From: Octopus sinensis
Taxonomy: Eukaryota
Assembly: GCF_006345805.1 (NCBI RefSeq)
Contig: NC_043000.1
Location: forward strand, 102,610,001-102,674,000
DNA: 64,000 bases
Reading direction: 5' to 3'
Shown piece after piece: positions 39,476 to 53,429 of the stretch (positions within the stretch are counted from its first letter, which is position 1; every line of letters starts with the position of its first letter). The notes beneath the pieces were generated by a model. The model made no database searches, was not told the origin of the DNA, and saw only the letters and a list, made by a program, of their open reading frames with translations. The position numbers and the translations under genes are program-made.

Positions 39476-39862
39476 GCTAATATATGTATGTATATATGTA
39501 TATGGGTGGGTGTATGCACGTATATGTATGTGCATATATTTACATATGTATACATACACACACATATATAGATGTATGCATGTATGTATGTTATCGTGCA
39601 TGTTTCAGCCCACTTTTCGGTCTTCTCATCTATCTTCATTGTTCATATATATGCATGTTTGTTTGTATTTATATATGAATTTTGCGCTTAATTCATAATG
39701 TCGACACCCAGATTCCCAAGTGTGTCTGTGTATTTAGAAAGAAAATATATTCGCTGACTATTTACCCGCCTATACACACATGCGAACACACACGCACATA
39801 TGCACACACACACACACACACATTAAGGGGGGTGTATATATATATATATTATATATTATATA

Positions 39863-39935
<73 letters not shown>

Positions 39936-40008
39936 ATATATATACATACATACATATATATATACATATATATGTATGTATATATATATATATGCACACA
40001 TACATTTG

Positions 40009-40043
<35 letters not shown>

Positions 40044-40748
40044 GTATATATGTATATATATGTGTGTGTGTACGTACATATATACATACATATATTATAT
40101 TATATATATATATATAATATTATATAATATATATAATATATATTATATATATATATAATATATAATATATTATATATAATATATATATTATATATATATA
40201 TATATACATATACATATACATATACATATATACACATATACATATACATATATACACACACACACAGATATACATGCATGTTTCTGTGTATACACTGTTT
40301 GGATTTGTGTAGGCTGTCTTTTTTTCTGATTTTGTACCTGCACATAACTGCACGTAAACGCTATATCTTCAAATATCTTCAAATATAGATGTATATTTAG
40401 AAGCATATACCCAAGCATGAAAACGACTGTGATGATCTATTTCTGTTGAGATCAAAGTGCAAATGTATCCTTTATTAATTTTCCCTAAGTAAAAGAAATT
40501 TGTCTTATGATATTTGAAATTTAATCTATATTTAAACTCTACATCTTTCTGCATTGAAATAAATCAGTGGCAGAATCTCAAGATATGGTGGTCATAATAT
40601 CTAAATATTAATGTGAAAATATGTATATGATGTCGAATTGTTGTGTTGGAATCGAAATACACACATACACACGCACACACACACACAAACACACACATAC
40701 ACACAAACACACACACACACGTAAACGCGTAGGCTTGCACACATATAC

Positions 40749-40813
<65 letters not shown>

Positions 40814-40948
40814 ATATATATATACAAATATATATATATGTATGTATGTATACATATATAGAAAATAAAAAAACACATATCAGAAAGAAGCACACTCTAA
40901 ACATATAGAGTAGTAATTATTAAAACAATTTTTTTTTATCTTAGCCAT

Positions 40949-41009
40949 AGAGTTACCCAAGGTTTCGCAGTCACAAAGCTAAAGCTCTGTGGACAGCTTG
41001 TCCGACTCT
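40949..41009 (-). ncRNA. degenerate type I hammerhead downstream of a PLE endonuclease
   Basis: AGAGT CGGACAA GCTGT(C)CACAGAGC-ttta-GCTTTGTGACTGC GAAAC CTTGG GTA ACTCT: helices I and II intact, two core substitutions. Confidence 0.5.
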
Positions 41010-41124
41010 ATATAAGTACAAAACTTTAAAACGCACAGACTCGAGGATTACGAAAAAACGTTAATGAGTACGGGTTATTTCCCCTTAAACAGAGGGATTT
41101 TAAAAAAAACAAAAACAAAACGGA

Positions 41125-41508
41125 TTAATGATCAAACGAGTAGATCCAATTTTCTAGTAAGTAGCGCTTGAAGTGGATACATTTAGAAAATACTTCTTTA
41201 TGGCTGTTTAATGCGCCAGGCTTCTTAAAATCCTTTAAAATTTTGGCTCTCTCCGCAATACAGATCTTGCAACGGCTACTTCCATTAATATACAGGCCCG
41301 GAAAATCAATTAATTTCTACTTGACATGATACGGAGTCCCTTGGTGTTTTAGGTGCCACGCATGGCGGGTCAGGAAAGTGATAAACTGTCTTTCTGGGAT
41401 TCTGAAGGATGACTGGTGGTTAAGAAAACGTTTCTTTAACGAAGTACTCGCCGAACCAATATATTTATAAACATGGTATGTGGCCCTATTTGCACTCCTG
41501 GTAACATA
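41125..41508 (-). pseudogene. PLE GIY-YIG endonuclease domain (second PLE type), one internal stop; not in the ORF track
   Basis: YKYIGSASTSLKKRFLNHQSSFR...FLTRHAWHLKHQGTPYHVK*KLI...YINGSSRCKICIAERAKIL...LNSHKEVFSKCIHFKRY; TAG at 41317-41319 falls at the usual Trp position. Confidence 0.85.
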
Positions 41509-41700
41509 TTACTCAGGGCTGGTCATCCCATCGGTGTCGAAGATGAATGCTTGGTCTTCATCTGAAGTGGCGGAACAGGGAATGGCAGATACTTCCTCCA
41601 ATTCGTTGGTTATGGATAGGTCATTATTTCCAGGTGCGACGTTTGTACTGGTCACTCTATCTGCATCTATTAGTATCGGGATCTTCGGTGACGCTCTCTG

Positions 41701-41932
41701 TGATGCTAGTCCCGGCTTGGTTATTATCTCTGGGCGTGGCAACCGTATTGGCGAGAAACGTGGTTAATCTGCTGTTCGATGTTACATTGAATGTGTCATA
41801 TATGAGGCTACAGTGATACTTAGACCTAATATCTGTAATAACAGTAATGTAACATCGAACAGCAGATTAACACGCCTTACGCCAATATAGTCACCACGCC
41901 CAGAGATAATAACCAAATCGGGACCAGCATCA
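41701..41932. repeat. foldback with ~88-bp arms, including perfect 26-bp and 23-bp blocks
   Basis: 41763-41788/41846-41871 and 41717-41739/41894-41916 are exact inverted pairs. Confidence 0.88.
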
Positions 41933-41970
41933 CCGAAAATCTAGGAGCCCCAATGCAGAGCTTTCTTTAC

Positions 41971-42042
41971 TTGAGGTTTATACTTTCCAAGATGACTGCC
42001 ATGTGGACTACACCGTTGACCTTCTATATCACTTCCCAGATG
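41971..42042 (-). CDS. candidate host-gene exon (phase 0-0), HLGSDIEGQRCSPHGSHLGKYKPQ
   Basis: Acceptor tttgatttatctcag|; only the phase-0 frame is open; donor CAA|gtaaag (alternative AA|gtataa at 41984). Confidence 0.3.
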
Positions 42043-42499
42043 CTGAGATAAATCAAAATATTTAGTGTTGTTGTAGTTATTGTTGTTTATCAGTATTGAG
42101 TAGACTTATGCTGAAAGGTGTTCCAGCCGTGGTTATCGTATAAATGCTCTTTAATAGTGACTATGTGAATTTTAATAAATATCTCAGTTACATATCTTAC
42201 TTTCATGCAACCGACATTTTGTCAAGTCAAAAATTCTATATAAGCTCAAAAATCTATTGTACCACTCATTGATGTTATCCTTATTACCTACAAAATTATC
42301 TGCCATACCGCTCTTAATGATACAAGCAACAAGGCAGCCACAAAATTAAATATCAATAACAAATTATATTGGCGGGTTATACAGAGACGGCGAATTGCTC
42401 TCACTCTGCAACTTTAATTGTCAATTGACAGATATATTCAGGAATTTGCTCCATAACTTCTTCGGAAATTTTGCTTCCTCCGTTAGCGCTCAAGCATGC

Positions 42500-42900
42500 T
42501 TAGAAGCCGCCAACTTTTTTTAGCGTAACATTGGACTAAGAAATTCCCTTATATAAGCCGTTTATGAAACATGCTGAAAACCTATAATATATACACAAAC
42601 TCGAATCATCTCCGAGTACTAACAGAACGTTAGTGAAGGTCACCTTTCTCATACTCTCAATCCTTTCATCAAATGAAAATCTTCCATAGAATAATGAAGT
42701 ACTCAAGAATACTAGGTTACCTAAAAGAAAAACGAAAGGAAAGGAAAACGAACAGAAGAATGGTCTGGTTTAACCCTCCACTGAATCAACGGGTCTCGAC
42801 CTTTATGGCGAAAATTTTTTTAAACTGTTACAAAAATACTTCCACCCTTCGCATTAATACCATAAACTACTCAACCAAAGAAGCGTTAAATTTCCATACT
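42500..42900 (+). pseudogene. PLE reverse-transcriptase C-terminal/linker relic
   Basis: NFFSVTLD*...YKPFMK...YIHK, LSILSSNENL, RKTNRRMVWFNPPLNQRVSTFMAKIFL; WFNPP is typical of the PLE RT-EN linker. Confidence 0.65.
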
Positions 42901-43573
42901 TTACAAGTGAATTTTTATAGACACATATTAGCTAATATTAACCAACCTAAACTTTCTACTCAACACAAGTTTAAACTCAACCAATCCTAAAACTTGTATT
43001 TCTTTTAACATTAACACTTAACATCTCGCAGAGAACTGCTGGATGACGAACTACTTTATTACTCAGTGGTCCAGATCAGCTCTAGTAGCATGTCCATTAT
43101 ACGTTTAACAGCTAAAACATTCAATAGATTTTATAAATATATCCACTCGGTTCATAATTTTAATTGAAAACAGATAACTCTTACCGAGTTTTAACTAGTC
43201 CTTAAAAACTTGTAGTACATCTTTAAAAATTAAATGCAAACGTCCGTCTTTTGTTTAATCCAACCTCAGTAATAAAACTCCTGTCAACTTTATAATTTTA
43301 GATCTCTTGAGATCCACATCACTAACTTAAACAAGCATAACAAACGCACTGGGTTAATATCTGAATGTAAACATAAAACTTCCCAAACCCTTAGATATTT
43401 TATGTCGATACTCTTTCCAAATAGGTTATACTGTTTCCAAATGAGTAAGAAAGAGGGTTAATTTCTTTAGATTACATTCTATAGACCATAATTCTAACTT
43501 TAATTATATTGAATTGAATGTCACTTCTTAATGTCTAAGTTGAAAAAATAACATTAAGAAAGCCTAGTAAATA

Positions 43574-43996
43574 GGCGCAGGAGTGGCTGTGTGGTAAGTA
43601 GCTTGCTAACCAACCACATGACTCCGGGTTCAGTCCCACTGCGTGGCATCTTGGGCAAGTGTCTTCTGCTATAGCCCCGGGCCGACCAATGCCTTGTGAG
43701 TGGATTTGGTAGACGGAAACTGAAAGAAGCCTGTCGTATATATGTATATATATATATATGTGTGTGTGTATGTGTGTTTGTGTGTCTGTGTTTGTCCCCC
43801 TAGCATTGCTTGACCACCGATGCTGGTGTGTTTACGTCCCCGTCACTTAGCGGCTCGGCAAAAGAGACCGATAGAATAAGTACTGGGCTTACAAAGAATA
43901 AGTCCTGGGGTCGATTTGCTCGACTAAAGGTGGTGCTCCAGCATGGCCGCAGTCAAATGACTGAAACAAGTAAAAGAGTAAAGAGTAAAGAGTAAA
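43574..43996 (+). mobile_element. SINE family A, full length, best-preserved copy
   Basis: ggcgcaggagtggctgtgtggtaag (A-box-like) ... ggttcagtccc (B-box-like) ... tail (GAGTAAA)n. Confidence 0.92.
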
Positions 43997-45149
43997 TTAC
44001 TGTTTATGTCTTAACAACGAAACAACTTCAAAATTAATACAACGCTAAATCACTAACCACGTGTAAAATTAGTGCTTAATTCCCCTGCCAAAACCACGAC
44101 TTCAACCCATTTAAAATACCTTAGGATAATCCCACTTATAATTTAGTCTAACTATCCGGTTTAATGTATCTCAGTTATTTCATCATTTTCTCTCCAGACT
44201 CCTTCTACAACTGATTTCCTATCAGTTGGCATACATTTAGAGAATTACTTCACTGATATCAAGACATACTCTACAACTTTAAATTTTCTCTCTTTTAAAA
44301 TAAATCTTAACCCCTCGACAAGCTATAAATAATTACCTAATCTTCACAACTTGACACCACTTTATTTATTTCCTACCATCAACAAAGACCCTAAATCTGG
44401 ACAGTTTACCGAATAACTCTTAACATTAGCACTTGATCCCACTCGTGTACAAGAGAGAAAATTAAATTATTTACACCTTCAGACACCAATACAAATCTGG
44501 GGATATGTAAGTACAACTTCTGGAGGATATATCATACAAATGTGAGGTTAATAGAGATAAGAACCTATTCATACCTATTTACAGAATCTGTCACTGCACC
44601 GTTTTCCCCCTCTCTTATTACCTTCACAACATAATACTTTAACGCTCACACTGTCGATCTTCTGATAACGATTTCAATCCGTGTTGTTCCTTTTTGATTT
44701 ATTAATCCAGTCGAGGTTCAGTGTAATTAATAACCTTAGTATTTTAATTTAGCATTTTAATTTTAATAAAAAGCAATTCATCTTCCACCCACTGAAAACT
44801 TGCAATTAAACACGCTCTGTTATTAATTTAATATTAATGTCATATAATTACACTAAACTCAAATCATTTACCACCCAAATCTATTTTCTTCTTTCAAATA
44901 CATACATACATACATACATACATACATACATACATACATACATGCATACACACATACATACATGCATACATACATACACACGCACACATACGTGCATAAA
45001 TACATATATGCATGCATGCATACATATGTGCCAAAATTTGAAACCAGTATTTTAAAAATGTGATTTCTTTTTTACATGTCCTATTTATCTAAATATTTTG
45101 GTGCACTATAACTTCTAATAGTGTGCTAACAGTAAACTGGAGATAAATA

Positions 45150-46756
45150 TTAGTTGACTGGCACTTATTTTATCGACCTAAGAAATATAAAAACAGAATT
45201 GACCTTGACGAGTTTCGAACTAAGTACAATAAAAAATTTTGGCTAAATAACGCAGTTCATTTTGTTCAAATCTTCTAATGATTCTGCAAATCAACCGTGA
45301 ATTTCTTGAAAATTTGTTTGTTTCAAATATAGGCAGAAAGATAGTAATTTGGAGGGGGTGAGGGTCTAACTGATATCATCTAATACAGTAGTCCAAAACT
45401 ATTTTATGTTATCGACCCAGAAAGGATGAAAGTTAATAATCGACTTCGGTGGGGTTTGAACGTAGAACGTAAAAACCCGGAACAAATTTAGTGAAACATT
45501 TTGTTCGATTCTCTAACTATGCAGCAAATCTGCTATTACTTACTTTAATATTGGTTTCAAATCTTGGTACAAGGCCAGCATTTTCGGTGGAGTAAGTTGA
45601 TTACATCTACTCCAGTGCTCACCAGGTACTTATTTTATCGACCTCCGAAAGGACGAAAGGTAAAGTCGACCTCAGAGGAATATGAACTCAGAACTTCATG
45701 ACGAACGAAATATCGCTGAACATTTTGCCCGGCGTGCTAACGATTCTGCCAACTCGCCGCCTATTAAAAAGTAAAGACCCCCTTCGGTCATGAATGACCA
45801 TAAGATTGCACCTAAAAAGTTCCCTTCCGAGGCACAAGTCCGGGAAGGTTGTTTATAGAAGACCAGCAGTCGCCCATGCATACCAGCCTCCCCTCTCCAC
45901 ACCGCCAGTGTCATCCAAAGGAAAAGCAAAAGCCGATATACTTTGCACTTTTGACGTCGCAAGTCATTTCTACAGCTGAGTGAATTGGAAATTCACTCAG
46001 CTGTAGAAATAAAGTGAAATAAAGTGTCATTCTCAAGAACACAACACAGCCCGGTCCAGGGATCAAACACGCTACCTCATGATTGTTAGCCCGACTCTCT
46101 AACCACTGAGCCATGCGTCTACTACTATCTTTAATACTGGTTTCAAATTTTGGTACAAGGCCAGCAATTTCGGGAAAGTGGATAAGTCAATTACATCGAC
46201 CCCAGTGCTCTCTACTAGTACTTATTTTATCGACCCTGAAAGGATAAACAGCAAAGCCAACCTCGGTAAAATTTGAACTCAGAACGTAAAAAGCAGACGA
46301 AATGCCGTTAAGCATTTAACTCAGTATATTGATGATTCTGACAGTTCACCGCTTTCTCTACTTTCTTTTCTACTCTAGGCACAAGGCCCGAAATTTTGGG
46401 GAGGGAGGCCAGTCAATTAGATCGACTCCAGTACGCAACTATTACTTAATTAATCGACCCCGAAAGGATGAAAGGCAAAGTCGACCTCCGCGGAATTTGA
46501 ACTCAGAAAAGACAGACAAAGTACCTATTTCTTTACTACCCACAAGGGGCTAAACACAGAGAGGACAAACAAGGACAGACAAACGGATTAAGTTGATTAT
46601 ATCGACTCCAGTGCGTAACTGGTACTTATTTAATCGACCCCAAAAGGGTGAAAGGTAAAGTTGACCTCGACGGAATTTGAACTCAGAACGTAGCGGTAGA
46701 CGAAATACTGCTAAGCATTTCGCCCGGCGTGCTAACGTTTCTGCCAGCTCGCCACC
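45150..46756 (-). mobile_element. cluster of at least five SINE C copies or fragments with a nested SINE D
   Basis: Repeated atcgacccc(g)aaaggatgaaaggcaaagtcgacc...tttgaactcagaac blocks. Confidence 0.85.
45775..46120 (-). mobile_element. tRNA-derived SINE family D
   Basis: Head gcatggctcagtggttagagagtcgggc; tail ...gtgcaatc..atggtcattcatgaccgaagggggtc, which also occurs on plus at ~55030-55087. Confidence 0.8.
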
Positions 46757-47318
46757 TACTTTCTTTATTATTAGAAAAGATTTTAGTTGTTGATGGGAAT
46801 GCATTATTGAACAAAAAGTGATTAGTATACCTGTTGTTGATCAATTAAGGGACAATAATCATTCAGACATTAAACGCCGAGCTTGCTTATATGCTGCAAA
46901 AACAAATTTAGATATATTCTTCCTCCCCACTTCCAGCATTCCAAAATCTATTTATCCCTTTCTTGTTCCATGATTCTATTTCCGGTTTCAGTTGTAAAGC
47001 CCTATCTTCGTATTTATATCGCACCTAAATCCATTTAAAATGATTTTCTTTCCTCACTCAATTTTTTTTTCAGCCTGTTTCCTTGTATTGTATTTCTTTT
47101 TTTAAACTTTATGAAGAATGAAATTTCACTGTTTGAAGGAGACAGCTCTCATGTTTCAAACTGTGCACTAATATTCTAACAAATAGCTAGACCTGAATTT
47201 ATTGAGGCGGTTAAGCTACTTTAACTGCACATTTACTATACGCTCAAGTAAGCCAACATTTGGTGTGGGTAGGTTAAGGTCAAGATCGCTAACTTTCAAA
47301 TTGATGTATCTCACGTAC

Positions 47319-47380
47319 ATAATGCACAACCATCCACAGCCGTGTCACATCAAATGAAGTAACTCCTGTCGCCATCATAG
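47319..47380 (-). CDS. candidate host-gene exon (phase 1-0), (A)MMATGVTSFDVTRLWMVVHY
   Basis: Acceptor aaattccag|, donor TAT|gtacgt, open frame, non-repetitive context; phase matches the exon at 55567-55679. Confidence 0.45.
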
Positions 47381-48156
47381 CTGGAATTTCATGTAAGGAA
47401 TGACAAATTATCTTAATCAATGATTATAAAACCTAACTAGACTTACAAACACATTTTACAGAACGTGTATCGTAATGGAAAAAGAATTTTAAAAGCAGCA
47501 TCTGGCAGAAGCAGGAAAAGTTTAATATGTTTTTTACTGAATTCTCTCAGATAAGAACAGTCAGGATCAAGCAGACTGAAGAATTTTCGTGGAGTGGAAG
47601 AATTTCAGGTGATGATAAAGTAGGTTTAGTTTCGTTTAGTAAATAATTCTTTAAATTCAAATTATTATTATTAATTGAAGATACTTCCAGTCGCGAACAT
47701 TTTATGTGAGAAAACATAAATCATTAAGTTTTGGTTATCATTCGAAAATACTAATAAAATTTATTTCCAGCACTAATTTTTCCATGAATTATTGATAAAA
47801 ATGCAATATCTTCGCAAACTGACATTCCGGTAAAAAGTTATTATTTATGACAAAATCTACATATGTTATATGTTCTTAGTTGTTGCTTTAGATGTATTAC
47901 TAAGTAATAGTATAATATTACGGTTATATATAAGTCCCGTTATGCTGTAAGGTAAGATTTGGTATACTCTGAAAAATATTTGCACTGAGTTTTAATTGCA
48001 AAGCTTATTTTGAATTTTGAAGAGTGCTGAATAAAAACTCGTATGTTGCTGTATCGTTTTTTCTACAAATCTGCTAATATAAATAATATTCCGAAGATGA
48101 ATACAAGCGTGTAAAAACATCTATCTGTCTATCCATCCCTCCATCCCTCCATTCAT

Positions 48157-48214
<58 letters not shown>

Positions 48215-48221
48215 CTATCTA

Positions 48222-48261
<40 letters not shown>

Positions 48262-48300
48262 CCTGTTTATCTACCTATCCATCCCTCCATCCTTCCATCC

Positions 48301-48360
<60 letters not shown>

Positions 48361-48607
48361 GTTTGTCTGTCTGTCAGTCTATTTATCTACCTATCCATCC
48401 CTCCATCCAGCTATCTATCTATCTCTCTCTATCTATCTATCTCTCCTTTCTCCCCCTCTCTCTCTCTCCATCTGTCTACGTATGTGCGTGTGTGTGTGTG
48501 CATGTTGAGGAATTTATATTAAACAGTGAAGAGCATACATTTCTATATAATTGTTTTATTTACATTTTTTTTATTTCTTTGACATAAAGTACTTAATGTC
48601 GGTTGCG

Positions 48608-48655
48608 GTCGTGAATAGCACTATTTCGTTCTCCTTTTAGATTCATCAGCACGAC
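48608..48655 (-). ncRNA. candidate type I hammerhead ribozyme, isolated
   Basis: GTCGTG CTGATGA ATCT-aaaagg-AGAAC GAAA TAG tg CTA T T CACGAC: 6-bp helix I, 4-bp helix III, AUU site cut between 48614 and 48613; weak stem II with an A.C closing pair. Confidence 0.6.
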
Positions 48656-49352
48656 ATAACTCGGAACTTTAAATTAATTAAGCTTCTTCTTCTACTAGTA
48701 GAGAAGAGAGAGAGAGATAGAGAGTTGAAATTATGTCTGTCACATAAATGAATAATTAGAACACATAAACTATTATCCAACCACATGATTTATACATTTT
48801 CTGGAAACAGAAAAAACTACTATCTGCTGACTTATTGTTTTATGCATATCATTTCCTCTATTCATCTTCATATGTATTGACCGGTGGATTAAAGTAGTGG
48901 TTTTTCTGCATTTATTATCTATTACATTTTCTTTCTTGGTTTTACTTGTGACATGCAACTGTGTTCATATAAACACGCCTACTGGCTATAGGTATGCATT
49001 CATGATAATAGAAGTCTTCTGTGGTAAATGTATTATATACAGGATTCTGATGAGTTGATATTCGATTACGTTAATATAATGATGCACCTTAAATCTCTAG
49101 TTGCGTATATTATATGATAATATAGCAACACACTTGAGTTCGAACGACGACGAAAAATTTATAAATTTATGTAATAAAACAATTTACATACTCAACTCCC
49201 CTTGTTAATAATTGTGTCAATTCTACGGATATTATAGCATTTCGGAAATATGATCCATAAATAACTGACCTATTTATAATCATATCCAATAACCTGTATC
49301 CGTTGATGGGTATAAAAGAGTAAACTCCTGCGTTAACTCCGGAATAAAATTG

Positions 49353-49459
<107 letters not shown>

Positions 49460-50014
49460 CACATTTTTGCTTCTGAATGAGGGAAAAATACTCATTACAT
49501 ATTGTAAGCCAGAATTTTATTTTATTGTACACAGCTTGAACTTTTCTTCCTTGGTACCAAGAGAGAGTTTCCCTCGTTTTTTCATTCCTGAACGAACGTT
49601 GAAAACGGGAAAAATCTCAGAAGCGACGGAGGGAAATACCAGCTGCATAAAATATGTATGTGTGTATGCGGTGTGGAGTGGCGTAGTATGGTGAGTGTGT
49701 GTACGTGTGCGTGTATATTCATGCGTGTACGTATATGTATGTTTTCTGACACGAAAGTTTTTCCAAATTAGAAAACTTGTGCGTTAGTTTTGCACACCAG
49801 TAAATCAGTGTGTCTGGCAAACACCGTAAATTTCAAAGCAAACACCTATTAGAACACCTGTCGAGATGAATATTTGTTATAGCCATGTAATTAAAAGTTT
49901 TAACATTTTCCACCATTTATTTCTGGTTTCTTAAATGTATTCACAAGCATAACATCTTGCTGCTTGGAAGAAAGTTTGGGTTAAGTAATCAACACTAAAT
50001 AAATAACTTCCAGA

Positions 50015-50070
<56 letters not shown>

Positions 50071-50165
50071 GGGATATTACCTGCTCCTTTTAAAGGCTGA
50101 CATACACACACACATAGAGACACATATACATACATACATACATACATACTACATACATACATACA

Positions 50166-50201
<36 letters not shown>

Positions 50202-50218
50202 CATATATATATATTATA

Positions 50219-50258
<40 letters not shown>

Positions 50259-50498
50259 TATATATTATCTAATATATAATATACATATATATATATATAT
50301 ATATCTATATAATATAGTGCTTGCCCCTCTCATTGTACAGCCTTTAACGATATATTTTTTCGGTAGTTAGCAGAGTTCTCATTCCTCCGTTCTAGATCCC
50401 CTTGTTCATTTTATTCATTTCATTGCTTAGGCACGAATTCTCCTTACACAGGCGACTACTTCCGTCGCTACTACTATCACCTCCTAGGTTGCCGTCCC

Positions 50499-50640
<142 letters not shown>

Positions 50641-51040
50641 TAATAATAGTAATAATCCATTTTAAGCACACGGTCTGAAATCTTTGGGAAGGTGTAAGTT
50701 AATTACATCGACTCCACTACTTGCTGCTTGCTTGGCACTTTATTTTATAGATAACAAAATGATGAAAAGCAAAGTCGACCTCGGGCGCGTTAGGACCCAG
50801 AATGTAAAGACGAACGAAATGCTGCAGAGTATTTTGTCGGTCCACACACACATCTCAAACACAAATGTACTCTCTCTCTCTCGTTCGCTCTATCTTTTCC
50901 TTCAACTATTTAATTACATAACATAATAGCAATCCCTTTCTCCTAACTCTCACCGCTAACGCTCTTCTCACTCACTCTGTTCACCTCCCGTTTCAACTCA
51001 CCACATGACAGCGTCACACGTTTGGCCCTAACATATTAAA

Positions 51041-51452
51041 GATGGCGAGCTGGCAGACACGTTAGCGCGCCGGGCGAAATGCTTAGCGGTATTTCGTCTG
51101 CTGTTACGTTCTGAGTTTTAAATTCCGCCGAGGTCGACTTTGCCTTTCATCCTTTCAGGGTCGATAAATTAAGTACCAGTTACGCACTGGAGTCGATGTA
51201 ATCGACTTAATACCTATGTCTGTTCTTGTTTGTCCCCTCTGTGTTTAGCCCCTTGTGGGTAATAAAGAAATAGGTATTTCATCTGCGTTACGTTCTGAAT
51301 TCAAATTCCGCCGAGTTCGACTTTGCCTTTCATCCTTTCGGGATCGATAAATTAAGTACCAGTTACGCACTGGGGTCGAGGTAATCGACTTAATGCCTTT
51401 GTCTGTCCTTGTTTGTCCCCTCTATGTTTAGCCCATTGTGCGTAATCAAGAA
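51041..51452 (+). mobile_element. SINE C with tandemly duplicated 3' half
   Basis: Full copy 51041-51275, then the 3' half repeated to ~51452. Confidence 0.85.
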
Positions 51453-51860
51453 GTATATTAATATACGCCTTTTAAGTCATCACATTTTCATTTACAAATT
51501 ATATTTATTTATAACTTGTTCAATTAATTCTCATAAACCTACAATAATATATGTTAATCAATTCATAGTTGCTTAACATATTCATTTTGTTTTAGTTTAT
51601 TTTCTCTCTAATTTTATTCAGAAGTAATTAATGCATTGTTAATTTTGAGCTACTCCGCAATGTTTATTGCTGAATCATACTTAATACTCGCGTCATTCAC
51701 GCGTAGTCCAACCCAGCCAATGCCACATTCCTTATCTTTTCCCGTCATTTGCTAATTGTCGTTTCCTGCAATATGTGTGTGTGTGTGTGGTCTGTATACA
51801 CATATATGAATGTATGTATGTATAATATATATACATGTGTATATATGTAGCATATATATG

Positions 51861-51897
<37 letters not shown>

Positions 51898-52204
51898 AAT
51901 ATATATAGAGATAGATACATACATACTTACATATATATATATATATATGCATACATATTTATATATAATTTTTACATACATCTAGCATATTGACTGTCCA
52001 CTTTTAGTGGTCAGTCCTTTAAATTTTGCATGTAAAAAATATTTTAATCTTCGGATTTTTTTAATATGCTAGGCCACTGGTTTTAATTGATTAATATCAA
52101 TTTCTACCCTTATTCAAATTTATATATATATATATACATATACATACACACACACACACACCACACATATATATATATATATATTATATATATATATATA
52201 TATA

Positions 52205-52448
52205 TAGTGGGTCCTCCCATAAATAATGCGGTTCTTTCAATTGCATGAACTAAAACTTGGAGGCTTGGGTGGGGATGGGATAAACTACCTACAATAGCAG
52301 GTAGTAATTTTAGCTCGTACTTATTCTTAGTGTACGTTTTGAAGAGTGCAGTACGATTTTAACAGTGCATTCTGGAAGAGGGGGGGACCTTGCAAGTCTA
52401 TCAGATAGGTGGAAGAGCATTGTAGAAAATGAAGGAGAGTATATTTTG

Positions 52449-52450
<2 letters not shown>
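52205..52450 (+). mobile_element. internally deleted mariner-type DNA transposon relic
   Basis: LASLSDRWKSIVENEGEYIL resembles the mariner transposase C-terminus; TA-flanked start. Confidence 0.5.
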
Positions 52451-52481
<31 letters not shown>

Positions 52482-53429
52482 TGTATGTATGTATACGTGA
52501 AGATATTTATGTGTTGTTTTATGTACGTCTTCTCATGTATATATTTGTATATCTAGACATGCTCATATATATTTAAATAATAAACTTCTGGAGAGTTTTA
52601 CAGGTTTTTACAGTTTCAATGATAGCTTGCATCTGTAGTCTTCGGATCGGCTTTCTTCTTTCTGGTTTTGAGAAGCCAAATTTCTCAAGATTGGTATGTC
52701 TGTCTGTCTGTCTGTATGTATGTATGTATGCATGCATGCGTGTATGTATGAGCGTATGTATGTATGTATGTATGTATATGTATGTATGTATGTATGTATG
52801 TGTGTATGTATGTATGTATGTATGTTTCGGATCAGTTAATTGATAATATTCTAAAACATGTTTTGTGTACTCTATCTCCTGGTCTTTATAACATCAACAT
52901 ACAAGCGTTTTTTTACAAAGGCACAAACTTCCAACGGAAGCGGTTTACCTTATACAATCGAGTGCTGCTATTTGTGTGGTACTTTATTTTATCATGCAGA
53001 AGAGAGGTAAAACATATTTGACCGCGGTCGGGTTGTCTTTTCTATTTCACCTTTTACTTGTTTCAGTTATAAGGCGCGGCTATGTTGGGTTACCACCTAG
53101 AAGAATTTTAGTCGAACGAATCAACTACAGTGCTTATATTTACTAAACCTGGTACTCATACTATCGGTCTCTTTTGGCCGAGCCGCTAAGTTACGGGGAT
53201 GTAAACCCACCAACACCGATAGTCAAACGTTGGTGAAGGCACAACCATAGACACAAAACACTCACACACATACACATACTCACGCACACACATTCACACA
53301 CACACACACGATGGGCTTCTTACAGTTTCCCTCTACAATCTGCTAATTCGAACGGCTTGGTTGTATGGGGAGAGGACTACGATGTATCTTTTTAATAAAA
53401 TTCCGTTCACATTCGTTTAGCTTCTGTTT

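Noticed and set aside
49044-49078. att CTGATGAG...C GATTAC GTT aat as a hammerhead
   Set aside because: GAAA is absent and stem II does not pair.
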